Assembly (NCBI GenBank): GCA_902798865.1
Contig: CADBYQ010000001.1
Span: 1-36,708 of the forward strand
Length of the DNA: 36,708 bases
Direction of reading: 5' to 3'
DNA from: Selenomonas ruminantium
GTDB taxonomy: Bacteria > Bacillota > Negativicutes > Selenomonadales > Selenomonadaceae
The position numbers were made by a program, and so were the translations under genes. Below, in pieces: positions 27,733-36,708 of the stretch. The stretch's first letter is position 1, and each line of letters starts with the position of its first letter. Under the pieces are notes generated by a model. It had not been told where the DNA came from, made no database searches, and worked only from the letters and a program-made list of their open reading frames with translations.

Positions 27733-30048
27733 TTACTGCACAAGTTTTTGAATCAACGCCCAATTTTCTTCCTGCGCTGCAGTTCGCAATTCCAACAACA
27801 GGCGGGCTTCCCGTTCTGGCAGGGTGTATCCCTCAAGGTTTTCCAGCATATAGTCAAGACTTTCCCGTTCACAGGCATCGGCGATTTCCCGCAAAGCCTC
27901 CCAGTTTTCCGCCAGTTCCTCCGGACTGATGGTATGCTTTTCCTCCTTGCTTCTCTCGGTTAGAGCAGTCTCTCCCTGACGCAGAGGAATCCAGCTGAGC
28001 ACCCGCTGTTTCAGGACAAAAGATACTTCCGAGCCTTCTCCCAGTTTACTGGAAATTTTCAAACCGCTGCCCATCATCTTGAGCAGACGCTGACTCACGC
28101 TGATGCCAATCCCTGTATCAGCCAGTGTACTGACTTTTTTATTCACATTCAGTTCCAGAATATTTTGCAGTTCAGCCTGCTGCTCATCCGTCATACCTAC
28201 GCCTGTATCCATGACCCGGGCCGTCAGCGCAGTTTCTGCTGCCCCGGTCTTTTCTGCTTTCAACTGCAAGGTCACACTGCCCTGCAACGTGTATTTCAAC
28301 CCATTACCCAAAAGATTCAACAGGATTTGACGAATCCTCAGTTCATCACCATAGAGCACACTGGGCACCTTACCCTCCAGCTCAAAATTCAACGTTATGC
28401 CCTTTTCTCCAGCCGTTTCTGCCAGTTCTTCCCGCAGGGAATCCAACAGGTGATCCAAGCGGTACTCTCCTTCATTGAGTTTGAAGTTGCCCGCCTCCAT
28501 CTCCAAAAAATCAAATAAACGCTGAATGATACTGTAAACGATTTCGCCCGCCTTGCGCCCTTCTGCAGCATAAGCCTTGATATGCGGCTCACTGCTTTCC
28601 TGCAGCACGCGGCGTTCCATCTCCATAACTTTTTGCAGCGGTTCGGCAATATCCCGACTGGCACGGGACAAGAACCGGTACTTATCAATGCTGGCTTTTT
28701 CCGTTTCCATAGCCATATCCCGCAATCCCCGATTTGATTCCTCCAGTTCCCGGGTCACGGCATCCAAAAAGGCTGCCATTCTTGCCGAAAGGAGCACTGG
28801 TGCATTATCCTCCGTCTCTTCCGGTGCCTCATACACCGTAAGGGCCGACTTGCTATACCCCTCACGGAATCCTACAGCTACCAGGGCACAGTTCAAAATG
28901 CCACCCTGCCCCTGATAGTAATAGATTTCACCAGTGCCGCTGCAGGCATTAAGCTGGCTGGCACTGCGCTGATAATAAATCGTTTCCAGCTGCGCCTTGT
29001 CCTGCAGGAACATTTCACGAGTACCGCAGACATTGAGATAAAGCGCCTCCGGAGCGAATTGACTCATCTTCTCACTGGCCAATTCCGTCTCATGCAAAAA
29101 ATCCTCCTGCACAGCATATGACAGGCGTACCCGTTCTCCTACCCGCACATCCCCGGTAAAGAAAATCCGCCCCTCTTCATCGAATCCCGGCGGCACACGG
29201 GCAATCAGGCAGCCATCACGGTCAATGACCAACGGGAATTCAACAATATTCTGCAAGAAATGGTCATCCGGCTTGACCTTCAGATAATGCCGATAAATAT
29301 CCACAGCGGGCATATCGTCCAGCTTGCCGATACCGCTATACCCCACGGTTTCCGTAATGGTCATTTCCTTGCCCAGAGGCTTCCAGCCCAAAGTATAATC
29401 CCCACGAACACTCAAGCTCTCCCCGCTGAATAACACCACTACCAGGCCGCGGCGCATTGGGGAACTGCCATAGATAAACTGGTTGGCTTCTTTGTTGCCA
29501 GGGTCCAGCGAAAACAGCGCGCTGTTTAACTCAGCTTCCTCAAGAGCATCCTCATACATCCCCGCAATACTGCCAAAAACCACCAGGTTTTCATTCCCTA
29601 CCACAAAATTATCGATGAACTTGCTCAGTTTCGGTGCCATGACCCCCAGAATCATTGCCGCCCGCACATCATGCATGGCTGCAACCTTCTGTCCCATTTC
29701 CAGACCTAATTTGCCAAAATCATCCGGCACGCCATCATATTCAAGTATACGCACTTTCGCCTTTTGAAAAAAAGCACAGTTAATCCGCACATAACTGGTC
29801 GTCCCTTTGGGATTGAACAGCATTTCCGTCATACCGGCCACAACTGCCCGCGGCAGAAACTCCCGAATCTTTTCCCGGACTTTTTCTGCCATTTCCATTC
29901 CCATATTATGGAACGACAGCTGAATAAAAATCGCATTGGCCTGCTTGCTGGCCGGGCGCATACAAAGTGTCTGCAAAATCTTGTTCAGCTTGCTTTCAAA
30001 TCCCTGATTTCCGGCTGTCCAATTTAACTTGTAGTTATATTGAATCAT
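27733..30048 (-). CDS. FIST-domain sensor fused to a histidine-kinase-like module lacking the phospho-acceptor His
   Basis: FIST-type GWKPLGKEMTITE, LDDMPA, EFPL, GEIY; H-box reads FLSRASRDIAEPL; N box QILLNLLGNGLKYT, G1 DTGVGM, G2 DTGIGIS. Confidence 0.85.
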   Translation of the reverse strand: MIQYNYKLNWTAGNQGFESKLNKILQTLCMRPASKQANAIFIQLSFHNMGMEMAEKVREKIREFLPRAVVAGMTEMLFNPKGTTSYVRINCAFFQKAKVRILEYDGVPDDFGKLGLEMGQKVAAMHDVRAAMILGVMAPKLSKFIDNFVVGNENLVVFGSIAGMYEDALEEAELNSALFSLDPGNKEANQFIYGSSPMRRGLVVVLFSGESLSVRGDYTLGWKPLGKEMTITETVGYSGIGKLDDMPAVDIYRHYLKVKPDDHFLQNIVEFPLVIDRDGCLIARVPPGFDEEGRIFFTGDVRVGERVRLSYAVQEDFLHETELASEKMSQFAPEALYLNVCGTREMFLQDKAQLETIYYQRSASQLNACSGTGEIYYYQGQGGILNCALVAVGFREGYSKSALTVYEAPEETEDNAPVLLSARMAAFLDAVTRELEESNRGLRDMAMETEKASIDKYRFLSRASRDIAEPLQKVMEMERRVLQESSEPHIKAYAAEGRKAGEIVYSIIQRLFDFLEMEAGNFKLNEGEYRLDHLLDSLREELAETAGEKGITLNFELEGKVPSVLYGDELRIRQILLNLLGNGLKYTLQGSVTLQLKAEKTGAAETALTARVMDTGVGMTDEQQAELQNILELNVNKKVSTLADTGIGISVSQRLLKMMGSGLKISSKLGEGSEVSFVLKQRVLSWIPLRQGETALTERSKEEKHTISPEELAENWEALREIADACERESLDYMLENLEGYTLPEREARLLLELRTAAQEENWALIQKLVQ

Positions 30049-30071
30049 TTCCCATTCTCCTTCTTTGTGGC

Positions 30072-30102
30072 AAAAAATCCCTTACGGGAAACGCAAGGGA
30101 TT
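30072..30102 (-). terminator. Terminator after the asparaginase gene
   Basis: AAAUCCCUUGCG / CGUAAGGGAUUU followed by a U run on the - strand. Confidence 0.65.
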
Positions 30103-30159
30103 TCAAACTATCATCATTTGCTTGTACTATTCGCCATGAGGGAAGATTTTCCTGTTTGC

Positions 30160-31152
30160 TTACGCAAGAAATTTTTGCCACTCTGCAGCAGAAAGGCCGC
30201 AGCTGATAGAAACCTGCAGCAAGAGCCGTGCCTTACGAGGATTTAACAGGCCACTGGCGATAAAACCTGCCTGCTCATAGGATTCCTCGGCTTTCGTCAC
30301 CATACCGGACAGGCTGCTGCTGGCACGGATTACCAAAATGCCCTTTTGCACAGCCGCAGACAGCGCAGTTTCCACCCGCGCCGGTATGCTGCCATTGCCC
30401 ATCCCAGCATAAACCAGCCCCTGGGCTCCGTTTTCTACCGCCAGTTCAACCAAACGGCCATCATCATCACTGTGCCCGTAGAGAACCGGCACATAAGGCA
30501 GTTGTTTTTGCGTGGTCATCTTTTCACTGACACTTAACGCATTCGGCAGATGATGCAGCTCCGCACTGTGATAGAACACTACCACGCCATCATTCACGGC
30601 ACCAATTGCCCCGCCATTTGGTGATTGAAAGGTTTCCACCGCCGTGGTGGAAATTTTCGTCACGAGTCGGGCACTGTGAATCGCATTATTGAGCACCACG
30701 AGTACGCCCCGGTCACGCGCCTGATCACTTGCCGCTACCCGCACAGCGTCCAAAAGATTCAAAGGGCCATCCGCACTTAATGCTGTCGCCGGACGCATAG
30801 CTCCCGTAAACACCACCGGCTTATCGGCAAAATGCAGCAAGTCCAAAAGATAGGCGCTTTCTTCCATCGTGTCCGTGCCATGCGTAACGACGATACCATC
30901 CACATCGCCTTTGAGCAACAGTTCCCGCACCCGGCCTGCCAGCCTCAGCTGCTCTGCCGCCGTGATATCCTTGCTGTCAATGGCCGCGATTGACTCGCCG
31001 GTAACTTCTGCCACATCTTTTATCTGAGGCACTGCCGCGATAAGTTCCTCCACGCCTACAGCCCCTGCCTGATAGCCCGTTGTCGCCGCACTATCGCCCG
31101 CAATACCTGCAATCGTGCCACCCATTGCCAAAATATGTATTCTTTTTCGCAT
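30160..31152 (-). CDS. L-asparaginase (type II-like sequence, no signal peptide)
   Basis: GGTIAG, HGTDTMEE, TGAMRP, ADGPLNL, GMGNG. Confidence 0.93.
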   Translation of the reverse strand: MRKRIHILAMGGTIAGIAGDSAATTGYQAGAVGVEELIAAVPQIKDVAEVTGESIAAIDSKDITAAEQLRLAGRVRELLLKGDVDGIVVTHGTDTMEESAYLLDLLHFADKPVVFTGAMRPATALSADGPLNLLDAVRVAASDQARDRGVLVVLNNAIHSARLVTKISTTAVETFQSPNGGAIGAVNDGVVVFYHSAELHHLPNALSVSEKMTTQKQLPYVPVLYGHSDDDGRLVELAVENGAQGLVYAGMGNGSIPARVETALSAAVQKGILVIRASSSLSGMVTKAEESYEQAGFIASGLLNPRKARLLLQVSISCGLSAAEWQKFLA

Positions 31153-31212
31153 AAACTTCCACCTCTACAACACATAGTAAACATACCATCAACACATTTT
31201 CCAAAAATTGAC

Positions 31213-31453
31213 TTGTCAATCCCTATTTTTTTATGCTATCATGGAATCAGGTTAATAGCAAATCGCTTATGGGATATTCGTAGGCACAGGAGGAGTCTGT
31301 TCAGCTTAAGGCTTTTTCTGTGCTTTTTTGCTATGAAATCTTTGCGAGTCAAGCCAATAGGCGCAGAATCGCTTAGATTTCGTGTAAGGGCTGATGAAAA
31401 ATCGAGAGATTTTTCATCTTGCTTTGTGTATATTTATGAAGGAGGTCTTATCA
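31213..31453 (+). promoter_or_regulatory. Promoter and ~200-nt structured 5' leader with terminator (candidate riboswitch/attenuator)
   Basis: TTGTCA-18-TATCAT with extended TG; stem GCACAGGAGGAGUCU/AGGCUUUUUCUGUGC followed by U6; further stems at 31333-31383 and 31393-31418. Confidence 0.6.
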
Positions 31454-32734
31454 ATGGACGTTATCGCTGGAATTATCTTTATCTTCATGTACATGGTCAT
31501 CGTATCGGAGAAAATCCACCGCACTGTAGCCGCTATGCTCGGTGCCGTGTCCATGGTCCTGCTGGGAATACTCTCACAGGAAACCGCTTTGCACCATGTG
31601 GATTTCAACACCTTGGGACTGCTGGTCGGTATGATGGTGCTGGTCGGGGTCACGAGTCACACCGGGCTCTTTGACTATGTGGCCATCAAGGCAGCCAAAG
31701 TGGCCAAGGCCGAGCCCAAACGGATACTCATTTATCTGGCACTCATCACCGCCGTGTTCTCCGCATTCTTGGACAACGTGACCACAGTGCTCCTGATGGT
31801 GCCTGTAACCTTCAGCATCACGCAGAAACTGCATCTAAAGGTCATGCCCTTCCTGCTGACGCAGATTATTGCGTCCAACATCGGCGGCACCGCCACCCTA
31901 ATCGGTGACCCGCCAAACATCATGATTGGCAGTGCCGTAAAGGAACTGACCTTTGTCGCCTTTATCGACAATCTGGCCCCCATCGCCATTTTGAATCTGA
32001 TCCTGGTCATCCTGATTATGGAAGTCATCTATAAAAAGGGCCTTCATACCACTCCGGAACTGCAGGCAGAACTCATGGCCATGAACGAGAACAAATCCTT
32101 AAAAGACCACAAACTGCTGAAAAAATCCCTGTTTGTGCTGACGCTTGTCATTCTCGGCTTTTTCACTCATGCGATCACCCATATTGAATCTTCCATGATT
32201 GCCTTGGCCGGCGGCTTCCTGCTGTTGCTCTTGGCAGGCGGCAGCCATCACTTGGTGGAAAGCTCCATGAAAGCCGTGGAATGGGCTACGATTTTCTTCT
32301 TCATCGGTCTCTTTATCGCCGTTGGCGGTCTTATCGAAACCGGCATCATCGGCAGCCTGGCCGGCAAAGCCGTAGAACTCACTGGCGGCGATGTGACGGC
32401 TACCTCCCTCTTGGTACTCTGGCTCAGCGCCCTTGTATCGGCGGTACTGGATAACATTCCGTTTGTCGCCACCATGATTCCTCTGATTCAGAACATGGGC
32501 GCCATGGGCATCGACAACCTCGAACCCATCTGGTGGAGCCTCGCCTTAGGCGCCTGCCTTGGCGGCAACGGCACCCTCGTCGGCGCCTCCGCCAACCTGA
32601 TTGTAGCCGGCATGGCCGCCGAACGCGGGGTAAAAATCACCTTCATCAACTACCTCAAAATCGGCTTCCCCCTGATGATTCTGACCATCATCACCTCCAC
32701 CGTCTACGTCTATGTGCGTTACCTGCTCCCATAA
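31454..32734 (+). CDS. ArsB/NhaD (IT superfamily) ion transporter
   Basis: SAFLDNVTT, ASNIGGTATLIGDPPN, LDNIPFVA, LGGNGTLVGASAN. Confidence 0.92.
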   Translation: MDVIAGIIFIFMYMVIVSEKIHRTVAAMLGAVSMVLLGILSQETALHHVDFNTLGLLVGMMVLVGVTSHTGLFDYVAIKAAKVAKAEPKRILIYLALITAVFSAFLDNVTTVLLMVPVTFSITQKLHLKVMPFLLTQIIASNIGGTATLIGDPPNIMIGSAVKELTFVAFIDNLAPIAILNLILVILIMEVIYKKGLHTTPELQAELMAMNENKSLKDHKLLKKSLFVLTLVILGFFTHAITHIESSMIALAGGFLLLLLAGGSHHLVESSMKAVEWATIFFFIGLFIAVGGLIETGIIGSLAGKAVELTGGDVTATSLLVLWLSALVSAVLDNIPFVATMIPLIQNMGAMGIDNLEPIWWSLALGACLGGNGTLVGASANLIVAGMAAERGVKITFINYLKIGFPLMILTIITSTVYVYVRYLLP

Positions 32735-32776
32735 AAGCAGTATAGCCCCCAATATAAAAATATAAATAAAAACAAA

Positions 32777-32810
32777 GGCGGGCGGTTGACTCAAAATCAA
32801 CCGCCCGCTT
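32777..32810. terminator. Terminator between convergent genes
   Basis: GCGGGCGGTTGA / TCAACCGCCCGC. Confidence 0.75.
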
Positions 32811-32822
32811 GGCGTTTTCTAT

Positions 32823-33050
32823 TTATGCAGCCTTGCTGTAATCAATAACGGAAACATCCTGTAAAAACGATTTTGCTTTTTGAACAATCATTTCCAGTTT
32901 TGCCGATACACCATCCGAAAAAATAATCTCTCCACATACCGGGCACTCGTAGCAGGGGACGTTACGGATAACAATCACACAATTTTTCACATCAACGGTA
33001 AATGTTGTCGTTGTCTCAATTCGGTTATCCTCAAAACATGCTTTACACAT
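32823..33050 (-). CDS. YgiT-type zinc finger protein (MqsA N-terminal-like)
   Basis: MCKAC...VIVIRNVPCYECPVCGE. Confidence 0.88.
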   Translation of the reverse strand: MCKACFEDNRIETTTTFTVDVKNCVIVIRNVPCYECPVCGEIIFSDGVSAKLEMIVQKAKSFLQDVSVIDYSKAA

Positions 33051-33052
33051 CC

Positions 33053-33388
33053 CTATCTCCCCTTTCTCGTTTTGCCATCCTTTTCAAAATGCTCATCATC
33101 AGGACGATAAGCAGAGATTATTATCATTTTCTTGGTATTATACCCCACAACTACATGGAGCATCTTATGAGCGTTGATTTCTATACCAAGAACCAAACAG
33201 GCTGGAAAAGATTTTTCCGATGTATTCCCGTCAATCAGAGGATACTCCTCTATAATCTCACCCTTTTGGATACATTCAATTATATCGGCTCTTGTTATAC
33301 CTCGTTCCAACATTCTTTTTTGACAATGCGCCTTATACTCCACGGTTATGCCCTGTTGTAACGCTTTCCTTAATTCTTCAATCTGCAT
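33053..33388 (-). CDS. DUF4258 domain protein (putative RelE/BrnT-like toxin)
   Basis: HCQKRMLERGI, GEIIEEYP, PACLVLG, LHVVVG, IISAYRPD. Confidence 0.88.
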   Translation of the reverse strand: MQIEELRKALQQGITVEYKAHCQKRMLERGITRADIIECIQKGEIIEEYPLIDGNTSEKSFPACLVLGIEINAHKMLHVVVGYNTKKMIIISAYRPDDEHFEKDGKTRKGR

Positions 33389-33512
33389 AACGTACCCCAA
33401 AATAAACCTACATCCATATTTTCATTTTACAGCACGTACAAATAATATTCAATAAACAGCAAATAAAAAGTATTATACTGTGGCCCGAGCCTTTTACCTC
33501 GAACGATATTGC

Positions 33513-34769
33513 TTATTTTGCTTCTTCCGCCGCTTCCCGCATAACGATGGCATTCTCCACCGCCGTCAGATTCGGGTCAAACGCGCGAATAGCCGCAGCC
33601 TGCTGCTGTTTGTTCTCGCAGAGCACCAGTTCAATGCGCTCACCCAGCAGCCGCTTAACCTGCCGGAATGCCTGCCAGAAATCACGATTCCAAGCAACCA
33701 GCACATAAGCATCAGCCAAATCGCTATGCGCAGCATTAATCAGTTCAGCAACGGAAGGACTTTCCATGGCACTGCCCGTAACCAGAATCTGCACGCCCTG
33801 GTCCTGCATTTCCTTAGCCTGCACCTTGTTTTCTGCTACGGCCAGAAGTGCGACCTTCATAATCGCATCATGTGCCGACAACGTATGCGGCTCACTCATA
33901 TTCGTTACATGGATTCCCTTCAGTGGCCCCCAGCCGATAGCCTGCTCGATAACCTTGCCGGGATGGTCGGTATGCAAATGTACATCTACGCCCGTAGCTG
34001 CCCGCTCCACGAGTGCAAAGGTGGAAAACTCCCGCAAATGCGCTTCCAGCTCCTTCATATCCACCTGCACATTTTTCACGGAAAAACGCACGCAGTAGGG
34101 ACGGACAACATCATTGCGCGGGTCAGGCAGACCTGCCTGCTGCGCCTCCAGTCCTAAGGACAAGCTGACGGCAGGCGATACAAAGTTGCCATCCAGCCCC
34201 TTCAGACAGCCCTGCAGGAACGCAAACATAATCCGTGCACCGGCATCTTCCTCACCGATTTTTGCAAAGGCTTTTTCCCCGGCAGCAATAGCCGTTTCCA
34301 AAATCTCCGAAATCGGCTTGTTGGCGCGCACCGCATGATAAGCCCCTTTGGCCACTTCTTTGGCCATCGTAATAATCGGACGCTCCGGCTTTTCCGGAAT
34401 CACCCGCTGGGCATAGAGAATACCATACTGGAAGGCCTTGCCAAACTCCGAAGAAGTCGCATTATGCTTGCCCAAAAGGCCCTTACCCAGACCGCGGAAC
34501 ATCTGTGCCAATACCACACCTGCGCTACCGCGGGCGCCAAAGATAGCACCTGCAGCCACACGACGGGAAAGACCACCAATGCTGTCTTCCTTGGTATCTT
34601 TAAGGGCCATAACCGCTGCCCCTATCGTCCGCAGGACATGGGTTCCCGGCATCGTCCCGGCACCGGACATCCGGTTTATCTCCTCATATTCCAACAAAAA
34701 TTCGCTGTAAGCACCGGCAACCATGCGCTTAAAATCACTGCCTGTAATAACTTCACGATTTCCTGTCAT
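33513..34769 (-). CDS. DAK2-domain protein, degenerate fatty acid kinase FakA (YloV) paralog
   Basis: GARGSAGVVLAQMFRG, DAGA, YCV, VHLHTDHPG, NM and SPS motifs; NVFPVPDGDTG motif missing. Confidence 0.8.
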   Translation of the reverse strand: MTGNREVITGSDFKRMVAGAYSEFLLEYEEINRMSGAGTMPGTHVLRTIGAAVMALKDTKEDSIGGLSRRVAAGAIFGARGSAGVVLAQMFRGLGKGLLGKHNATSSEFGKAFQYGILYAQRVIPEKPERPIITMAKEVAKGAYHAVRANKPISEILETAIAAGEKAFAKIGEEDAGARIMFAFLQGCLKGLDGNFVSPAVSLSLGLEAQQAGLPDPRNDVVRPYCVRFSVKNVQVDMKELEAHLREFSTFALVERAATGVDVHLHTDHPGKVIEQAIGWGPLKGIHVTNMSEPHTLSAHDAIMKVALLAVAENKVQAKEMQDQGVQILVTGSAMESPSVAELINAAHSDLADAYVLVAWNRDFWQAFRQVKRLLGERIELVLCENKQQQAAAIRAFDPNLTAVENAIVMREAAEEAK

Positions 34770-34893
34770 AGTATCACACTCATTTCTGTAACGCCTAATT
34801 ATAAGATTTTCCTCGTAAAAACAGGATTATAATGTATATTTCGCGAAATAATACAAATAACCTTTTATTTTATGCAAAGTGAGGAGTTTTTTT

Positions 34894-36708
34894 ATGCCAA
34901 CAATCAAGAAAAACACCACTGATATAGCACCAGCGGAAAAAGCCGCTGCTCCCAAAAAGCCAGCCGCCCGCACCACGCGGAAAACCAAACCGGCTGAAGA
35001 ACCTATGGAAGAACTGCGCCCCGAAGTGGTGGAGGCCATCAATGTCATTAAAACACCACCGCCCAAAGCTGTCAAGGAGCATGAGCGGATTTTTGCGCTG
35101 GATATCGGTACTCGCAGCGTTATCGGCATCGTTGCCGAGGAAGGCGATGATGAAAATCTGCACGTTATCGCCACCGACCGCTTAGAGCACAAGACCCGTG
35201 CTATGCTGGACGGCCAGATTCACGATGTGCCGCAGGTAGCCGCCATCGTGGAAAAGGTCAAAAATTCCCTGATTGAAAAGACCGGGCCAATAAAGACCGC
35301 CGCTGTAGCTGCTGCTGGCCGCGCCCTCTACACCATGACCGCTGAAGCGGAAATGGAAGTAAACGGCCTCATCACCGCCGAACAGCAGCGCAATCTGGAC
35401 TTTGCCGGCGTACAGGCCGCGCAGGCAGCTTTGGCCGAAAGCCATACGGTGGACGACCCCAGCCGCTATTACTGCGTGGGCTACAGCACCATACGCTATG
35501 TGCTGGATGATATCCAGTTAAAAATGCTGATTGGCCAGCGGGGCAAAAAGGCCAAAGCCGTCGTCATTGCCACCTTCCTGCCCCGTCAGGTCATTGACTC
35601 CATGCAGAGCGCCCTCCATGCAACCAATTTGGAAATGCGCGCCCTGACCCTGGAGCCGATTGCCGCCATCAACGTGCTGATTCCGCCCACCATGCGCCAC
35701 CTCAATTTGGTGCTGGTCGATATCGGCGCCGGCACCTCCGACGTGGCCATCACCAAGAACGGCTCCGTCATCGCCTACGGCATGGTGCCGCTGGCTGGCG
35801 ACGAAGTAACCGAGGCCATCAGTCAGCGCTTCCTGCTCGACTTTAACATTGCTGAACGCATCAAACGCGAAGCTGCTGCCGGACAGGATGTAAAATTCAC
35901 CGATATTCTGGGCACGGAATACAATCTGTCGGCCGCCGAAATTCTCGACCCGGTTATGCCCAATATTGAAAACCTGGCCAATGCCATTGCCAAGCAGATT
36001 TTCGAGCTCAATGGCGATACGCCGCAGGCCGTTATGCTGGTTGGCGGCGGATCCCAGACACCCGGCCTTGCCCATTTCGTGGCAGACGCGCTGGGCATGC
36101 CGGAGGCGCGCGTCGCCGTACGTAAGCCAGATATGGTGGATGGCATTGTCGATATTCCTGCAGAACTGCACTATCCCGATGCCGTAACGCCGCTGGGTAT
36201 CCTCAAAATTGCCTCGCTGAACACCCTGCACTTTCTCTCCGTCTATGTCAACGACGAAGAATACAGCCTCTTTAACTTCCGGGAGCTCACCGTTGCCGAC
36301 GCCCTCTTGAACGCAGGCATCAATATGCGCAAATACAATGGACATCCCGGCCTGGGCCTTATGGTCAATATCGGTACCGAGAAAAAATTCTTCCCTGGCA
36401 CTTTGGGCACCTTTGCCAAAATCATGCTGGGTGACGAAGAAGCCAGCCTCGATACCGTGATTCGTGACGGTTCCAGAATTACCGTTATCCCCGGCGAAAA
36501 CGGCACCACGCCGACAGTACGGCTGGGCGATTTGGTAACAGCCGGCCAGGAATACACCATCTACATCAACGGCCGGGAAAAACACATCCGCCAGCGTGTC
36601 ACGATTAACGGCAAAGAAGCCGAGGCCGACCAGCTTTTGGCAGACGGCGATATCATCGAAAGCCGCGAGTTCAAGAGCCTGGGCGAAGCCCTGCTGGCCG
36701 CCGGCTAC
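34894..36708 (+). CDS. Long FtsA-like actin/Hsp70-fold ATPase, 3' truncated by the window end
   Basis: Not in the ORF track; RBS GAGGAG, ATG 34894; in-frame motifs ALDIGTRSV, MLDGQIHDV, LTLEPIAA, LVDIGAGTSD, MLVGGGSQ. Confidence 0.9.
   Translation, partial: MPTIKKNTTDIAPAEKAAAPKKPAARTTRKTKPAEEPMEELRPEVVEAINVIKTPPPKAVKEHERIFALDIGTRSVIGIVAEEGDDENLHVIATDRLEHKTRAMLDGQIHDVPQVAAIVEKVKNSLIEKTGPIKTAAVAAAGRALYTMTAEAEMEVNGLITAEQQRNLDFAGVQAAQAALAESHTVDDPSRYYCVGYSTIRYVLDDIQLKMLIGQRGKKAKAVVIATFLPRQVIDSMQSALHATNLEMRALTLEPIAAINVLIPPTMRHLNLVLVDIGAGTSDVAITKNGSVIAYGMVPLAGDEVTEAISQRFLLDFNIAERIKREAAAGQDVKFTDILGTEYNLSAAEILDPVMPNIENLANAIAKQIFELNGDTPQAVMLVGGGSQTPGLAHFVADALGMPEARVAVRKPDMVDGIVDIPAELHYPDAVTPLGILKIASLNTLHFLSVYVNDEEYSLFNFRELTVADALLNAGINMRKYNGHPGLGLMVNIGTEKKFFPGTLGTFAKIMLGDEEASLDTVIRDGSRITVIPGENGTTPTVRLGDLVTAGQEYTIYINGREKHIRQRVTINGKEAEADQLLADGDIIESREFKSLGEALLAAGY

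Noticed and set aside
30060-30110. c-di-GMP-I riboswitch (GGCAAA, GAAA and ACGCAA words) before the FIST kinase
   Set aside because: The words are on the strand opposite the gene and the P2/P3 stems cannot be built; a simple terminator explains the sequence.
31385-31420. Fluoride riboswitch suggested by GCTGATGA
   Set aside because: The upstream GATGG-GTTC pseudoknot elements are absent.
35518-36585. 355-aa - strand ORF
   Set aside because: Shadow of the FtsA-like + strand gene, which is missing from the ORF track only because it runs off the window.

Overview
Bacterial chromosomal window, probably Negativicutes (Selenomonas-like; inferred from gene content and protein resemblance, not a database search). 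Positions 1 to about 6240 are the right end of a lower-GC integrated element organised like a phage satellite (PICI/SaPI-like). It carries a large serine recombinase, a small Cys-rich ORF, divergent repressor and Cro-like genes, two small ORFs, an NrS-1-type primase-polymerase fused to a VapE/VirE helicase, an iteron-flanked AT-rich origin, and small ORFs continuing off the left edge. Two promoter-plus-terminator-defined antisense sRNAs are predicted inside it. The rest is host DNA: 6S RNA, DUF896 protein, alanine dehydrogenase, a TAXI-TRAP transporter, brnQ, an EAL phosphodiesterase, an AlsT-type symporter, the full atpIBEFHAGDC operon, Hsp20, a FIST-domain kinase lacking its phospho-His, asparaginase, an ArsB/NhaD permease with a highly structured leader, a DUF4258/YgiT zinc-finger pair, a degenerate DAK2/FakA paralog, and a long FtsA-like ATPase truncated by the window end. 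No CRISPR array, tRNA or rRNA was seen. All calls were made by eye.
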